Positions 9,709-18,506 of a stretch of 64,000 nucleotides of DNA are shown here, in pieces. This DNA comes from an uncultured Rhodobacterales bacterium (lineage in GTDB: Bacteria; Pseudomonadota; Alphaproteobacteria; Rhodobacterales; Rhodobacteraceae). Both the position numbers and the translations under genes were made by a program. Where the stretch lies: the NCBI GenBank assembly GCA_903845215.1, contig CAIMWI010000010.1, forward strand, positions 30,141 to 94,140. The letters run 5' to 3'. Positions within the stretch are counted from its first letter, which is position 1, and every line of letters starts with the position of its first letter. The notes under the pieces were generated by a model, which made no database searches, was not told where the DNA came from, and saw only the letters and a list, made by a program, of their open reading frames with translations.

Positions 9709-10791
9709 TTAGCCGGCAAAAACAAAACAGCGATCGCGGCGGATCATCAGCCAAAGCGCCGTGCCAACCTTGGGCAGGAACACGCCGGGCACGGCGGCGG
9801 TCAGGGGCGAGTTGTCGAAATCCATTTTGAATTCCACAAGGCTTTCATGGCCCAAAAACCGCGACCGCATCACAGTGCCACGCGCGGCCGTGCCGTCTTG
9901 GGGCGTGGGGTTGGGGCCACGGCCAGCGCGGTCGAAATCAATCTTTAAATGCTGCGGACGGATCACGATATGCACAGGCGTGCCATCGCTATGGCCTGGC
10001 GTCAAAAACGCACCAAAAGGCGTTTGGGTCAGCGCCCCGCGCGAGGTGCCGCAGATGACGTTGACGTCGCTGAAAAAGGCCGCCGCGGCACGGTCGATCG
10101 GCGCGTTGTAAAGATTGTAGGGCGCGCCTTTTTGGACGATGACGCCGGCGCGCATCAGGGCTATTTCATCGGCCATGCGCATGGCTTCATTGGGTTCATG
10201 CGTCACAAGCAGAACGGCTGCGCCCTCTTCTTTCAAAAGGTCCAGCGTGGCGTCGCGGATGCCATCGCGCAGGCGGTTGTCTAGGCCCGAGAAGGGTTCA
10301 TCCATCAACATAACGCGCGGACGCGGGGCAAGGGCGCGGGCCAGCGCCACGCGCTGCTGTTCGCCGCCTGACAGCTGATGGGGGTGCTTGTCGCCAAAGC
10401 CCGTCAAATTGACCTTTTCCAGCAAGGCATCCACCCGCGCAGCGCGCTGCGGCACATTGCGCTGCAAGCCAAAGGCCACATTGCCGGCCACCGTCAGATG
10501 CGGAAACAGCGCGAAGTCTTGAAACATCAATCCCACACCGCGTGCTTCGGGCGGAAGTGCCGCGGTGGGACCAAAGACCTCGACCCCGTCAATCAGGATG
10601 CGGCCCGCATCTGGCTTTTCAACTCCGGCGATCATGCGCAAGGTGGTGGATTTGCCGCAACCCGACGGGCCAAGCAAGCAAGTCACCTGCCCCGCTTCGA
10701 CGACCAAAGACAAGTCAGATACGACCTTTTGCCCACCATAAGACCGCGAAAGCGATTGCACCACCAGTCGTGTGGCATCTGAACGGGGCAT
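9709..10791 (-). CDS. ABC transporter ATP-binding protein, FbpC/PotA-like with C-terminal TOBE-like extension
   Basis: Walker A GPSGCGKST, signature LSGGEQQRVALARAL and Walker B VMLMDEPFS. Start set at ATG 10791 (MPRSD...). No permease or binding protein is adjacent. Confidence 0.85.
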   Translation of the reverse strand: MPRSDATRLVVQSLSRSYGGQKVVSDLSLVVEAGQVTCLLGPSGCGKSTTLRMIAGVEKPDAGRILIDGVEVFGPTAALPPEARGVGLMFQDFALFPHLTVAGNVAFGLQRNVPQRAARVDALLEKVNLTGFGDKHPHQLSGGEQQRVALARALAPRPRVMLMDEPFSGLDNRLRDGIRDATLDLLKEEGAAVLLVTHEPNEAMRMADEIALMRAGVIVQKGAPYNLYNAPIDRAAAAFFSDVNVICGTSRGALTQTPFGAFLTPGHSDGTPVHIVIRPQHLKIDFDRAGRGPNPTPQDGTAARGTVMRSRFLGHESLVEFKMDFDNSPLTAAVPGVFLPKVGTALWLMIRRDRCFVFAG

Positions 10792-10859
10792 GGGCAAGGT
10801 CAATTCCCTATTGTTTTCATCAGAATTACCCTTATCAGCCGATCTGCCCTGCTGCAAGG

Positions 10860-12182
10860 CTACCGCGCCAAGATCAACTCTGCCATCAATCCGCCCAAAT
10901 CCGCACTCTGCCCCAAACGCAGCACCCCGCCATGCGAGCGCGCAATATCCGCTGCAATCGACAAGCCAAGCCCGACGCCCCCGCCAAAATTGGGGTCGCG
11001 CGCCGCATCAAGGCGGGCAAAGGGGCGCAGGGCCTCTTCGCGGCGGTCGGCCGGAATGCCGGGGCCGTCGTCTTCCACCACAAAGCGCAGCGATCGCTCG
11101 GTCAGGGCAAAGCACAGCCGCGCCTTTGTGCCATAGCGCAGAGCATTGCCGATCAGATTGTCAAGGGCACGGGTCACGGCTTGTGGGCGCATCCGCACTT
11201 GGCCTTGGCCTGTACAGACGCCAAGCGCAACCGATTGACCGCCGCGCTGGGTTTTGGCCATAACCTGTGCCAGAAGTTCAGCCGGGTCGACCGACACTGT
11301 CTCTTCTTGCGCATCGCCGCGGGCAAAGGCCAAGAACGCATCGACCAAGCGTTGCATCTCTTGAACATCGCCCAGAATTGCCTCGGTTTCCTCGGTTTGG
11401 TCCATCAAGGACAGACCAAGTTTCATGCGCGTCAAAGGGCCGCGCAGATCGTGGCTGACGCCTGAAAGCATCAGCGTGCGCTGTTCGATCTGGCGTTCGA
11501 TGCGCGCACGCATATCCAAAAACGCCATGCCGGCTGCGCGCACCTCGGCAGCGCCGCGGGGCTTATAGGGCAGGTTTTGGCCCCGACCAAAGGCCTCGGC
11601 CGCGGCGGCCATGCGGGTGATGGGAACCAGTTGATTGCGCAAAAAGGCAAAGGCCACTGCCGTCATCAAGATCGACGCCAAGGCCATAATCACCAACAGC
11701 TGATGCGGATTGCTGGCCGAGACGCGTTGACGCGAGATATCCACACGCATCGCGCCAAAACGGGTTTGCACCCAAGTCTGCACATTGCGCGGATCGGTTT
11801 GCATATCGACGGCCAGAACTTGCGGCAGGGTCGCGCGCATCACGGCACCCACTTCGCGCCCCGATAAATCCCAAACATCGCGCTGATCCGCAGCGGGAAC
11901 AGTTTGGCCCGCAGGCAGGGTTGCCACGAATTTCAAAGCCACGCTAAGTTCGGCGGCACGTGCTTGGGCCTGCGGCAGGTCTGGCGCGCTGTCAACCTGC
12001 GACAAAAGCAAACCCACCTCTATCCCCGCACCACGCGATAATTGTCGGGTGACGCCGTCAAAATGGCGCTGGATGAAGATGATCGAGACGACAACTTGCA
12101 CAAAGACCACAGGCAAGATCAAAATAAGCGCCGCGCGTCCATAAACGCTACGCGGGACATAGGATTTCAAGGTGAATGCCAT
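10860..12182 (-). CDS. two-component sensor histidine kinase (EnvZ/ChvG-like architecture)
   Basis: Two TM segments plus a HAMP-like linker. H-box SHDLRGPLTRM, N-box GNALRYG, G1 DDGPGIP and G2 GGVGLGLSIA. No response regulator in the window. Confidence 0.85.
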   Translation of the reverse strand: MAFTLKSYVPRSVYGRAALILILPVVFVQVVVSIIFIQRHFDGVTRQLSRGAGIEVGLLLSQVDSAPDLPQAQARAAELSVALKFVATLPAGQTVPAADQRDVWDLSGREVGAVMRATLPQVLAVDMQTDPRNVQTWVQTRFGAMRVDISRQRVSASNPHQLLVIMALASILMTAVAFAFLRNQLVPITRMAAAAEAFGRGQNLPYKPRGAAEVRAAGMAFLDMRARIERQIEQRTLMLSGVSHDLRGPLTRMKLGLSLMDQTEETEAILGDVQEMQRLVDAFLAFARGDAQEETVSVDPAELLAQVMAKTQRGGQSVALGVCTGQGQVRMRPQAVTRALDNLIGNALRYGTKARLCFALTERSLRFVVEDDGPGIPADRREEALRPFARLDAARDPNFGGGVGLGLSIAADIARSHGGVLRLGQSADLGGLMAELILAR

Positions 12183-12299
12183 AGTCTTAGCCTAGCCCTG
12201 CGCGGGGGCGGTTGGAAAGGGCCATTTTGCAGGTTTTAGGGCCTTGAGCCTGCGCGGCTAGGGCGCGATGCTGCAGCATCCTTGAACCGGTGATGACGT

Positions 12300-13163
12300 G
12301 TGATGCCCCTGCCCCTTTCAACCTTGCGCGCCGACAATCCCGGGCCTTTTACCGGCCTCGGGACCAATACCTATTGTCTGGGGCAGACCACAAAAACCAT
12401 CGTTGATCCCGGGCCAGACACACCGGCCCATCTGGCGGCCATTCTGCAAGAGGTGGGGCGCCATGAGATCGAGGCGATCTTAGTCACCCATGCCCACACC
12501 GACCACAGCGCCCTCGCCCCACGCTTATCCGCCCTGACGGGGGCCCCCATCTTGGCTTTTGGCGATGCCCGTGCCGGAATGTCCGCGCAGATGACCGCGC
12601 TAGAGGCTGAGGGCATCGCAGGCGGCGAGGGCCGCGATGATGCCTTTGTTCCCGATCATTGTTTGACAGATGGTAAAATCCTTAGCCTTTCGGGACTAGA
12701 GATCGAAGTGATCCACACCCCCGGGCATATGAGCAATCACATCTGCCTGGGCTTGGGCGATACGCTGTTATCGGGCGATCATGTTATGGCATGGTCCACG
12801 TCGCTGGTCTCGCCGCCTGATGGCGATATGTCGGCCTATATGGCGTCGTTGCACAAGCTGGCGCGGCGCATCTGGCGCCGGTTTTTGCCCGGACATGGCC
12901 TGCCTGTCGAAGACCCTGCCGCCCGCATGACTGCCTTGATCGCGCATCGTTTGGGGCGCGAGGCTTCGGTGCTGGCGGCCCTGTCGCAAGGCCCGGCCAC
13001 GCCAGAGGCTTTGACGAAGACCATATACACCGATCTTGCCCCCAACCTGCAGGCGGCCGCCACGCGCAACGTACTGGCCCATCTGATCGACCTGCAGGCC
13101 CGCGCCAAAGTTTCGCGCCTTGGCCTTAACCCGCTGAGTGTGGCAACCTTTGCGCTGACCTAA
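12300..13163 (+). CDS. MBL-fold metallo-hydrolase
   Basis: HxHxDH motif (THAHTDHSALAP) and a later HTPGH motif. GTG 12300 or ATG 12303 start. Confidence 0.8.
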   Translation: MMPLPLSTLRADNPGPFTGLGTNTYCLGQTTKTIVDPGPDTPAHLAAILQEVGRHEIEAILVTHAHTDHSALAPRLSALTGAPILAFGDARAGMSAQMTALEAEGIAGGEGRDDAFVPDHCLTDGKILSLSGLEIEVIHTPGHMSNHICLGLGDTLLSGDHVMAWSTSLVSPPDGDMSAYMASLHKLARRIWRRFLPGHGLPVEDPAARMTALIAHRLGREASVLAALSQGPATPEALTKTIYTDLAPNLQAAATRNVLAHLIDLQARAKVSRLGLNPLSVATFALT

Positions 13164-13218
13164 CCGCGAAGCCCGGCTGCGTCTTTTCACAACCTGTCAC
13201 TTTTCGCGGCATTTCCCC

Positions 13219-13247
13219 TTGTCGGCCCCAAACACCCTTGCTATAGA
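13219..13247 (+). promoter_or_regulatory. putative sigma70-type promoter of tRNA-Asn (TTGTCG-17 nt-TATAGA)
   Basis: Hexamers at 13219-13224 and 13242-13247 with a 17-nt spacer, ending 11 nt before the tRNA 5' end. Confidence 0.4.
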
Positions 13248-13258
13248 CCGCCTCGTGT

Positions 13259-13333
13259 TCCGGCGTAGCTCAGCGGTAGAGCAGCTGACTGTTAATCAGC
13301 TGGCCGTAGGTTCGATCCCTACCGCCGGAGCCA
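13259..13333 (+). tRNA. tRNA-Asn (anticodon GTT)
   Basis: Hand-folded 75-nt cloverleaf. Acceptor TCCGGCG/CGCCGGA, anticodon loop CTGTTAA, T-loop TTCGATC, encoded CCA. Confidence 0.9.
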
Positions 13334-13359
13334 AATCTTCCAAAGATTTGAAAAAGATA

Positions 13360-13392
13360 GGGCGTGTCGCAAGACGCGCCCTTCTTTGGTTT
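13360..13392 (+). terminator. rho-independent terminator after tRNA-Asn (possibly bidirectional with the convergent MATE gene)
   Basis: 9-bp stem GGGCGTGTC / GACGCGCCC with a GCAA loop, followed by TTCTTTGGTTT. Confidence 0.7.
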
Positions 13393-13411
13393 GCCTTCGA
13401 AGACATGCGGT

Positions 13412-14770
13412 TCAGGCGCCAATTACCGCGCGGGGGGCGCGGGCCCAAAAGCGCGCCATCAAGCTGACCGATGCGAAAAGCAGGCCCAAGCACAGGCCCA
13501 GCCAAATCCCTTCAGCCCCAAAGTCAAAGGTAAAGCCCAAGATCGCACTGGCGGGAATGCCCACGCCCCAATAGCTGAAGGCTGCAGCCCACATTGGCAC
13601 ACGCGTATCACGAATGGCGCGCAGCAGGCCCAAGGCCATGACCTGCATGGCATCACCCAATTGAAACAGCGCAGCAAGGGCCAAAAGGCGGGTGCCAAGG
13701 GCCAGGATCTCGGACGCTTCGGGGTGATCTGTATCCAAAAACAGCGCCGTGATGGTGACGGGCAGGCTTAGGAACAAGGCAATCCCGATGACACATAGCC
13801 CAAAGGACAAGCCAATCGCGCTGATGGCAATCTGGCGCAGACCTCGCACATCCCCCGCCCCCGAGGCACGGCCCGCCAGAACCGTCGCAGCATTGGACAG
13901 GCCCAGATGCAGCATAAAGGCCATGGCAGCCACTTGCATGGCGATGCCATGCGCGGCCAAGGCAACCGTGCTGACCCAGCCCATCATCAAGGATGCCGCC
14001 GCAAAAAGCCCGCTTTCGGCAAGCCCGGTCACACCTATCGGCCACCCAAGGCGAAAGACGCGCCCCAAAGCGGCTTGATCCACCCGCCAAAAGCGGGTGA
14101 AAAGGCCAAAGCGGCGCAGATCCCGCTGATAGTGGGCATAGACTGCCATGATCCCAAAGGTGACCCACTGCACCACAAGGGTCGCCAGCGCTGCGCCGCG
14201 CACACCCAGTTCAGGCGCGCCCCAATTGCCAAAGATCAGCATCCAGCCCAAGGCCAGATTGACCAGCACCGCCGCCAGCGTCACCCAAAGCACCACTTGG
14301 GTGCGCCCCAAGGCGGAAAGATAGGATTTCAACGCCATGACCAGCAGCGCCGGCACCATGCCAAGGCCCGCGATGTGCAAAAAGTCATGGGCAAGTCGGG
14401 CAACTTCGGCCTCTTGCCCTAAAGCCAAAAGCCAAAGGCCCGAGGTCCAGAACACAGGATAAATCGCAAGACCAAACCCCAATGACAGCCAAAGCGCCAT
14501 GCGCGCATCGCGGCGCACTTCGGTTTCATCCCCCTTGCCCAAGGCGACGGCAACCAAGGGCAACAAAGCTTGGGCAAAGCCCGAGCCAAGGATGAAGACG
14601 ATGAAAAAACACGACCCCGCCAGGGTAACTGCCGCCAACTCTGTCACGCCGTAGCGCCCCATAAGCACCGTGTCTGTGACATGCAAAAGCATCCCCGCCA
14701 CATGCGAGCCTATGATGGGCAGACCCAGCGCCAAGATCGCACGGGTATGAGAGAGATATGACGGAACCAT
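13412..14770 (-). CDS. MATE family efflux transporter
   Basis: 452-aa 12-TM ORF. The N-terminal ILALGLPIIGSHVAGMLLHVTDTVLMG resembles the NorM/MATE signature. Confidence 0.85.
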   Translation of the reverse strand: MVPSYLSHTRAILALGLPIIGSHVAGMLLHVTDTVLMGRYGVTELAAVTLAGSCFFIVFILGSGFAQALLPLVAVALGKGDETEVRRDARMALWLSLGFGLAIYPVFWTSGLWLLALGQEAEVARLAHDFLHIAGLGMVPALLVMALKSYLSALGRTQVVLWVTLAAVLVNLALGWMLIFGNWGAPELGVRGAALATLVVQWVTFGIMAVYAHYQRDLRRFGLFTRFWRVDQAALGRVFRLGWPIGVTGLAESGLFAAASLMMGWVSTVALAAHGIAMQVAAMAFMLHLGLSNAATVLAGRASGAGDVRGLRQIAISAIGLSFGLCVIGIALFLSLPVTITALFLDTDHPEASEILALGTRLLALAALFQLGDAMQVMALGLLRAIRDTRVPMWAAAFSYWGVGIPASAILGFTFDFGAEGIWLGLCLGLLFASVSLMARFWARAPRAVIGA

Positions 14771-14814
14771 GCGACTTTCTATCTGCTACACTTGCCCTCA
14801 GCAAGGCGGCACCC

Positions 14815-14880
14815 AAAACGGGGGGGTAACCCCCGCACCCCCGTGGCGTGTTTAAGCCAAGACAAAGCGAGGTGCGGGGG
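14815..14880 (-). repeat. G-run/C-run hairpin repeat (REP-like), two inverted copies of the core GTGCGGGGG; likely terminator of the epimerase gene
   Basis: The minus strand reads CCACGGGGGTGCGGGGGTTACCCCCCCGTTTT. This shares CCACGGGGGTGCGGGGG with the element at 32988-33003. A second core GGTGCGGGGG at 14871-14880 is the exact complement of 14831-14840. Confidence 0.6.
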
Positions 14881-14886
14881 CAGCGA

Positions 14887-15792
14887 TTAGCGTGGCAGGG
14901 GCGCGTAACTGCGCCAGTTGTGCTGCTCTTTAAAGCCCAAAACATCGCGGATTTTTTGGTTGGAAAGCAGGCTTTCGTTCGCACCGACCGGGCGGGTCAA
15001 AGGCACTTTGGGGAAAAACTGCGCCAAAAGCTCGGCGTTGGGTTGGGGGACGGAGTTGGTGTCGTTGACGGCGTTGAAGACTTGGTAGCCCAGCCCGTCT
15101 TTTTTCAGCGCAAGATCGACAATCTGCCCCAGATCGCGGGCGTCGATATAGCTAAAGGTGATGCGGCGGCGTGACCCTGGGTCTTTGGCAAAATCGGGAA
15201 AGCGGGCGTAGTCTTGCGGCTCCATCACATTGCCGATGCGCAAGGAATAGACATCGGCACCGCTGCGGCGTTGAAAGGCCTCGGCTGTCACCTCGTTGAC
15301 CTTTTTGGACATGCCATAGCTGTCCATCGGGTTGATCGGATAGGCTTCGTCCAACGGCAGATAGGCGGGGTCGGTCTGGCCATCGCTGAAACACACACCG
15401 TAAGTGGTTTCGGACGAGGCGATGATCACCTTGCGGATGCCCGATTTCAGCGCCGCTTCCAGCACGTTGTAGGTGCCCATCACATTAACGCAGTAGGTTT
15501 CATTGTCGGGTGCCAGCATTAAGGCCGGAATAGCCGCAAAATGTACCACGGCGTCAAAGGGGCGGTGGCCTAGGCCGTCTTCCAGATCTTCGCCGCTGGC
15601 ATAGGCGGTCATGGCGTTAAACATCTGCCCGCTGTCGGTGATATCGGCCACCAGATCGGCCACACCGGGATGGCGCAGCGCCACCTTATCGACATTCAGC
15701 ACCCTGTGCCCTTGGGTTGCCAGATAAGCCACCACATGTTTGCCCGCTTTGCCCGAACCGCCTGTAAAAAGTACCCGCATCAAACCCTCCAT
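14887..15792 (-). CDS. NAD-dependent epimerase/dehydratase family protein
   Basis: Rossmann motif VLFTGGSGKAGKHV and the YGMSK catalytic motif. The start may be the internal ATG at 15780. Confidence 0.8.
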   Translation of the reverse strand: MEGLMRVLFTGGSGKAGKHVVAYLATQGHRVLNVDKVALRHPGVADLVADITDSGQMFNAMTAYASGEDLEDGLGHRPFDAVVHFAAIPALMLAPDNETYCVNVMGTYNVLEAALKSGIRKVIIASSETTYGVCFSDGQTDPAYLPLDEAYPINPMDSYGMSKKVNEVTAEAFQRRSGADVYSLRIGNVMEPQDYARFPDFAKDPGSRRRITFSYIDARDLGQIVDLALKKDGLGYQVFNAVNDTNSVPQPNAELLAQFFPKVPLTRPVGANESLLSNQKIRDVLGFKEQHNWRSYAPLPR

Positions 15793-15891
15793 GATTTGGG
15801 CGCACCTTGCCTTAAGCCGCCGCCCAAGGCCAGCCCTTGCGCCCTGCCCCCTTGGCGGTATCTAATGGGGGCCAATCAGAACAGGCCCCAA

Positions 15892-17844
15892 ATGTCAGAC
15901 CTTTTGAGCAACACGACCGATACCTACAACGCCTCATCGATCGAGGTGCTGGAACCGCTAGAGGCAGTGCGCCTGCGGCCGGGGATGTATATCGGCGGGA
16001 TTGACGAGCGCGCATATCACCACTTGGCCGCCGAAATCATCGACAACGCGATGGACGAGGCGGTCGCAGGCCATGCCACGCGCATCGAGGTGGAATTGCA
16101 TGCCGACGGGTCGCTGACCGTGCGCGACAACGGGCGGGGCATTCCGGTCGACCCGCACCCGAAGTTTCCCGACAAATCCGCGCTAGAGGTGATTTTGTGC
16201 ACGCTGCATTCGGGCGGCAAATTTGGCGGCAAGGCTTATGAAACCTCGGGCGGATTGCACGGCGTGGGGTCTTCGGTGGTGAACGCGCTGTCAGACCGGA
16301 TGGATGTGGAAGTGGCGCTGAACAAAGAGCTTTACACCCAAAGCTTTTCGCGCGGCAAACCCTTGGCCCCCATTCGCAAGGTGGGGCCCGTGGCCAATCG
16401 GCGCGGCACTTGGGTAACATTCCACCCCGATGCGCAGATTTTTGGCAGCCAGCAGTTTCGACCAGGCCGTTTGATGCGGATGGTGCGATCCAAAGCCTAC
16501 CTGTTTTCAGGTGTGGAAATCCGCTGGAAAACCGCCATCCCCGATGGCGACACACCGACAGAGGCGGTGTTTCACTTTCCCGGCGGCTTGGCGGATTATT
16601 TGGCCGATACCTTGGAAAAAACCACAACCTATGCCGACAAGCCCTTTGCCGGAAAGGTGGGGTTTCAGGCCAAATTCGGGGTGCCCGGGTCAGTGGAATG
16701 GGCAATCAATTGGACACCGGCGCGCGATGGGTTCATTCAATCTTATTGCAATACCGTTCCGACGCCCGAAGGCGGCACGCACGAGACAGGGTTTTGGAAT
16801 GCAGTTCTCAAAGGCATCCGCGCTTACGGCGAATTGATCAAAAACCGCAAGACAGAATTGATCACCCGCGATGATCTGACAGCGGGGGGCTGCGCCCTTG
16901 TGTCATGCTTTATCCGAGAGCCGCAATTTGTGGGGCAGACCAAAGACCGCTTGGCCACCGAAGAGGCAGTAAAATACGTCGAAGGCGCGGTGCGCGACCA
17001 TTTTGACAATTGGCTGGCGGGCAATACGAAATATGCAGGGGCGATTTTAGATTTCCTGATCCTTCGGGCAGAGGAACGGTTAAAGCGGCGGCAAGAAAAG
17101 GAAACGGCGCGCAAGACGGCGACCAAAAAGCTGCGCTTGCCGGGGAAACTAACCGATTGCTCGGCCAAAAACCGCGATGGGACAGAATTGTTCATCGTGG
17201 AAGGCGATAGCGCGGGCGGGTCGGCCAAGGCGGCGCGCAACCGCGAAACGCAGGCCTTGCTGCCATTAAAGGGCAAGATTTTGAACGTGCTGGGGGCAGC
17301 CTCGGCCAAGTTGCATGACAATTCCGAAATTCGCGACATTTGCGAAGCCCTTGGCGTGACGATGGGGGCCAAGTTTAACGTTGACGATTTGCGCTATGAT
17401 AAAATCATCATCATGACCGACGCCGATGTCGATGGCGCGCATATCGCCAGCCTGCTGATGACGTTTTTCTTTTCCCAAATGCGCCCGCTGATCGACAAGG
17501 GCCACCTGTATCTGGCCTGCCCGCCGCTGTACCGGCTGACCCAAGGGGCCAAGCGGATCTATGTGGCGGATGATGCCGAAAAAGAGCTGATGCTGGCCAA
17601 GGGCTTGGGCGGGCGCGGAAAAATTGATGTGCAGCGGTTCAAAGGCTTGGGCGAGATGGATGCCAAAGACCTAAAAGACACCACGATGAATCCGTTGACA
17701 CGTCAGTTGATCCGCGTAACGATAGTTGAGGAAGACCCCGGCGAGACGGGCGACTTGGTTGAGCGTTTGATGGGCAAAAAGCCGGAATTGCGGTTTCAGT
17801 ATATTCAAGAAAACGCGAGGTTTGTTGAGGAGTTGGATGTTTGA
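15892..17844 (+). CDS. parE: DNA topoisomerase IV subunit B
   Basis: GHKL ATPase motifs (IIDNAMDEA, DNGRGIPVD, GGLHGVGSSVVNALS), Toprim EGDSAGGSAK, and the C-terminal QYIQENARFVEELDV. The 651-aa length (no GyrB insertion) favours ParE. Start set at ATG 15892. Confidence 0.93.
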   Translation: MSDLLSNTTDTYNASSIEVLEPLEAVRLRPGMYIGGIDERAYHHLAAEIIDNAMDEAVAGHATRIEVELHADGSLTVRDNGRGIPVDPHPKFPDKSALEVILCTLHSGGKFGGKAYETSGGLHGVGSSVVNALSDRMDVEVALNKELYTQSFSRGKPLAPIRKVGPVANRRGTWVTFHPDAQIFGSQQFRPGRLMRMVRSKAYLFSGVEIRWKTAIPDGDTPTEAVFHFPGGLADYLADTLEKTTTYADKPFAGKVGFQAKFGVPGSVEWAINWTPARDGFIQSYCNTVPTPEGGTHETGFWNAVLKGIRAYGELIKNRKTELITRDDLTAGGCALVSCFIREPQFVGQTKDRLATEEAVKYVEGAVRDHFDNWLAGNTKYAGAILDFLILRAEERLKRRQEKETARKTATKKLRLPGKLTDCSAKNRDGTELFIVEGDSAGGSAKAARNRETQALLPLKGKILNVLGAASAKLHDNSEIRDICEALGVTMGAKFNVDDLRYDKIIIMTDADVDGAHIASLLMTFFFSQMRPLIDKGHLYLACPPLYRLTQGAKRIYVADDAEKELMLAKGLGGRGKIDVQRFKGLGEMDAKDLKDTTMNPLTRQLIRVTIVEEDPGETGDLVERLMGKKPELRFQYIQENARFVEELDV

Positions 17845-18506
17845 AAGTCTATAAATTTATGTCTGCCAAATGGGCAAAAGAAGCTATTTTATCAAAAAGA
17901 TTAAAAATTAGTATAATTCCAACTCTGAATGATCCATGGGAAGGAAACGCGCTTAGTTACACTAGTGCTGAAGACAAAGAGGCTTGGAAACTCAGAATAG
18001 ATTACATATCCCTTAGCCTTGGCATGATTTGCTTTTCGAAAGAGTGGGCGGATCCTGTTCTCTGGTCACATTATTCGGAACAGCATAAAGGAATAGTACT
18101 CGGATTTGAACTAAACAGTCCTCTAACAACTGAAGTTAGATATAGAGAAAGATTAACGAAATATGATGACTTCAAGAAAACCAGCAGTAGTGAGGAAACA
18201 GAATTTGTCATTAGTGCTATTTCGAAAAAATATTTGAGCTGGGAATACGAAAAAGAAGTAAGGTTATTTACTACTTTCGGAAAGCCTGACCCAGTAAGTG
18301 GCCATTTCTTTAGAGATTTTGATAGTGAAATGCGGTTGACAGACGTAATCTTTGGCGCGCGTTACTCGGACTATGAGGAAATGACGTTTGTTGTCGCATC
18401 TATTCCAAGTGTATCGAAAGAAACTATTTCATGGTGGAAATCAACGCTTGGCAATGAAAATTTCAAAATGACACCAGGTAAGATTTGGAAGTTCGAGCAG
18501 CCATAA
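17841..18506 (+). CDS. DUF2971-like protein of unknown function on a low-GC insertion
   Basis: The only ORF in a ~0.7 kb AT-rich patch. The motifs VYKF, LNDPWEG, CFS..DPVLWSHYSEQHKGIVLGFE and SWEYEKEVRLF fit my recollection of PF11185. TTG 17841 overlaps the parE TGA and is preceded by GAGGAG at 17827-17832. An alternative ATG lies at 17859. Confidence 0.7.
   Translation: MKVYKFMSAKWAKEAILSKRLKISIIPTLNDPWEGNALSYTSAEDKEAWKLRIDYISLSLGMICFSKEWADPVLWSHYSEQHKGIVLGFELNSPLTTEVRYRERLTKYDDFKKTSSSEETEFVISAISKKYLSWEYEKEVRLFTTFGKPDPVSGHFFRDFDSEMRLTDVIFGARYSDYEEMTFVVASIPSVSKETISWWKSTLGNENFKMTPGKIWKFEQP

Noticed and set aside
13334-14770. Possible genomic island integrated at the tRNA-Asn 3' end
   Set aside because: The DNA downstream is a native-composition MATE efflux gene behind a clean terminator. 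I saw no partial tRNA repeat, integrase or GC shift.
15892-17844. Could parE plus the downstream small foreign ORF be a ParDE-type toxin-antitoxin pair?
   Set aside because: This parE is the 651-aa topoisomerase IV B subunit (GHKL and Toprim motifs), not the ~100-aa ParE toxin. The shared name is a coincidence and no antitoxin-like ORF is present.
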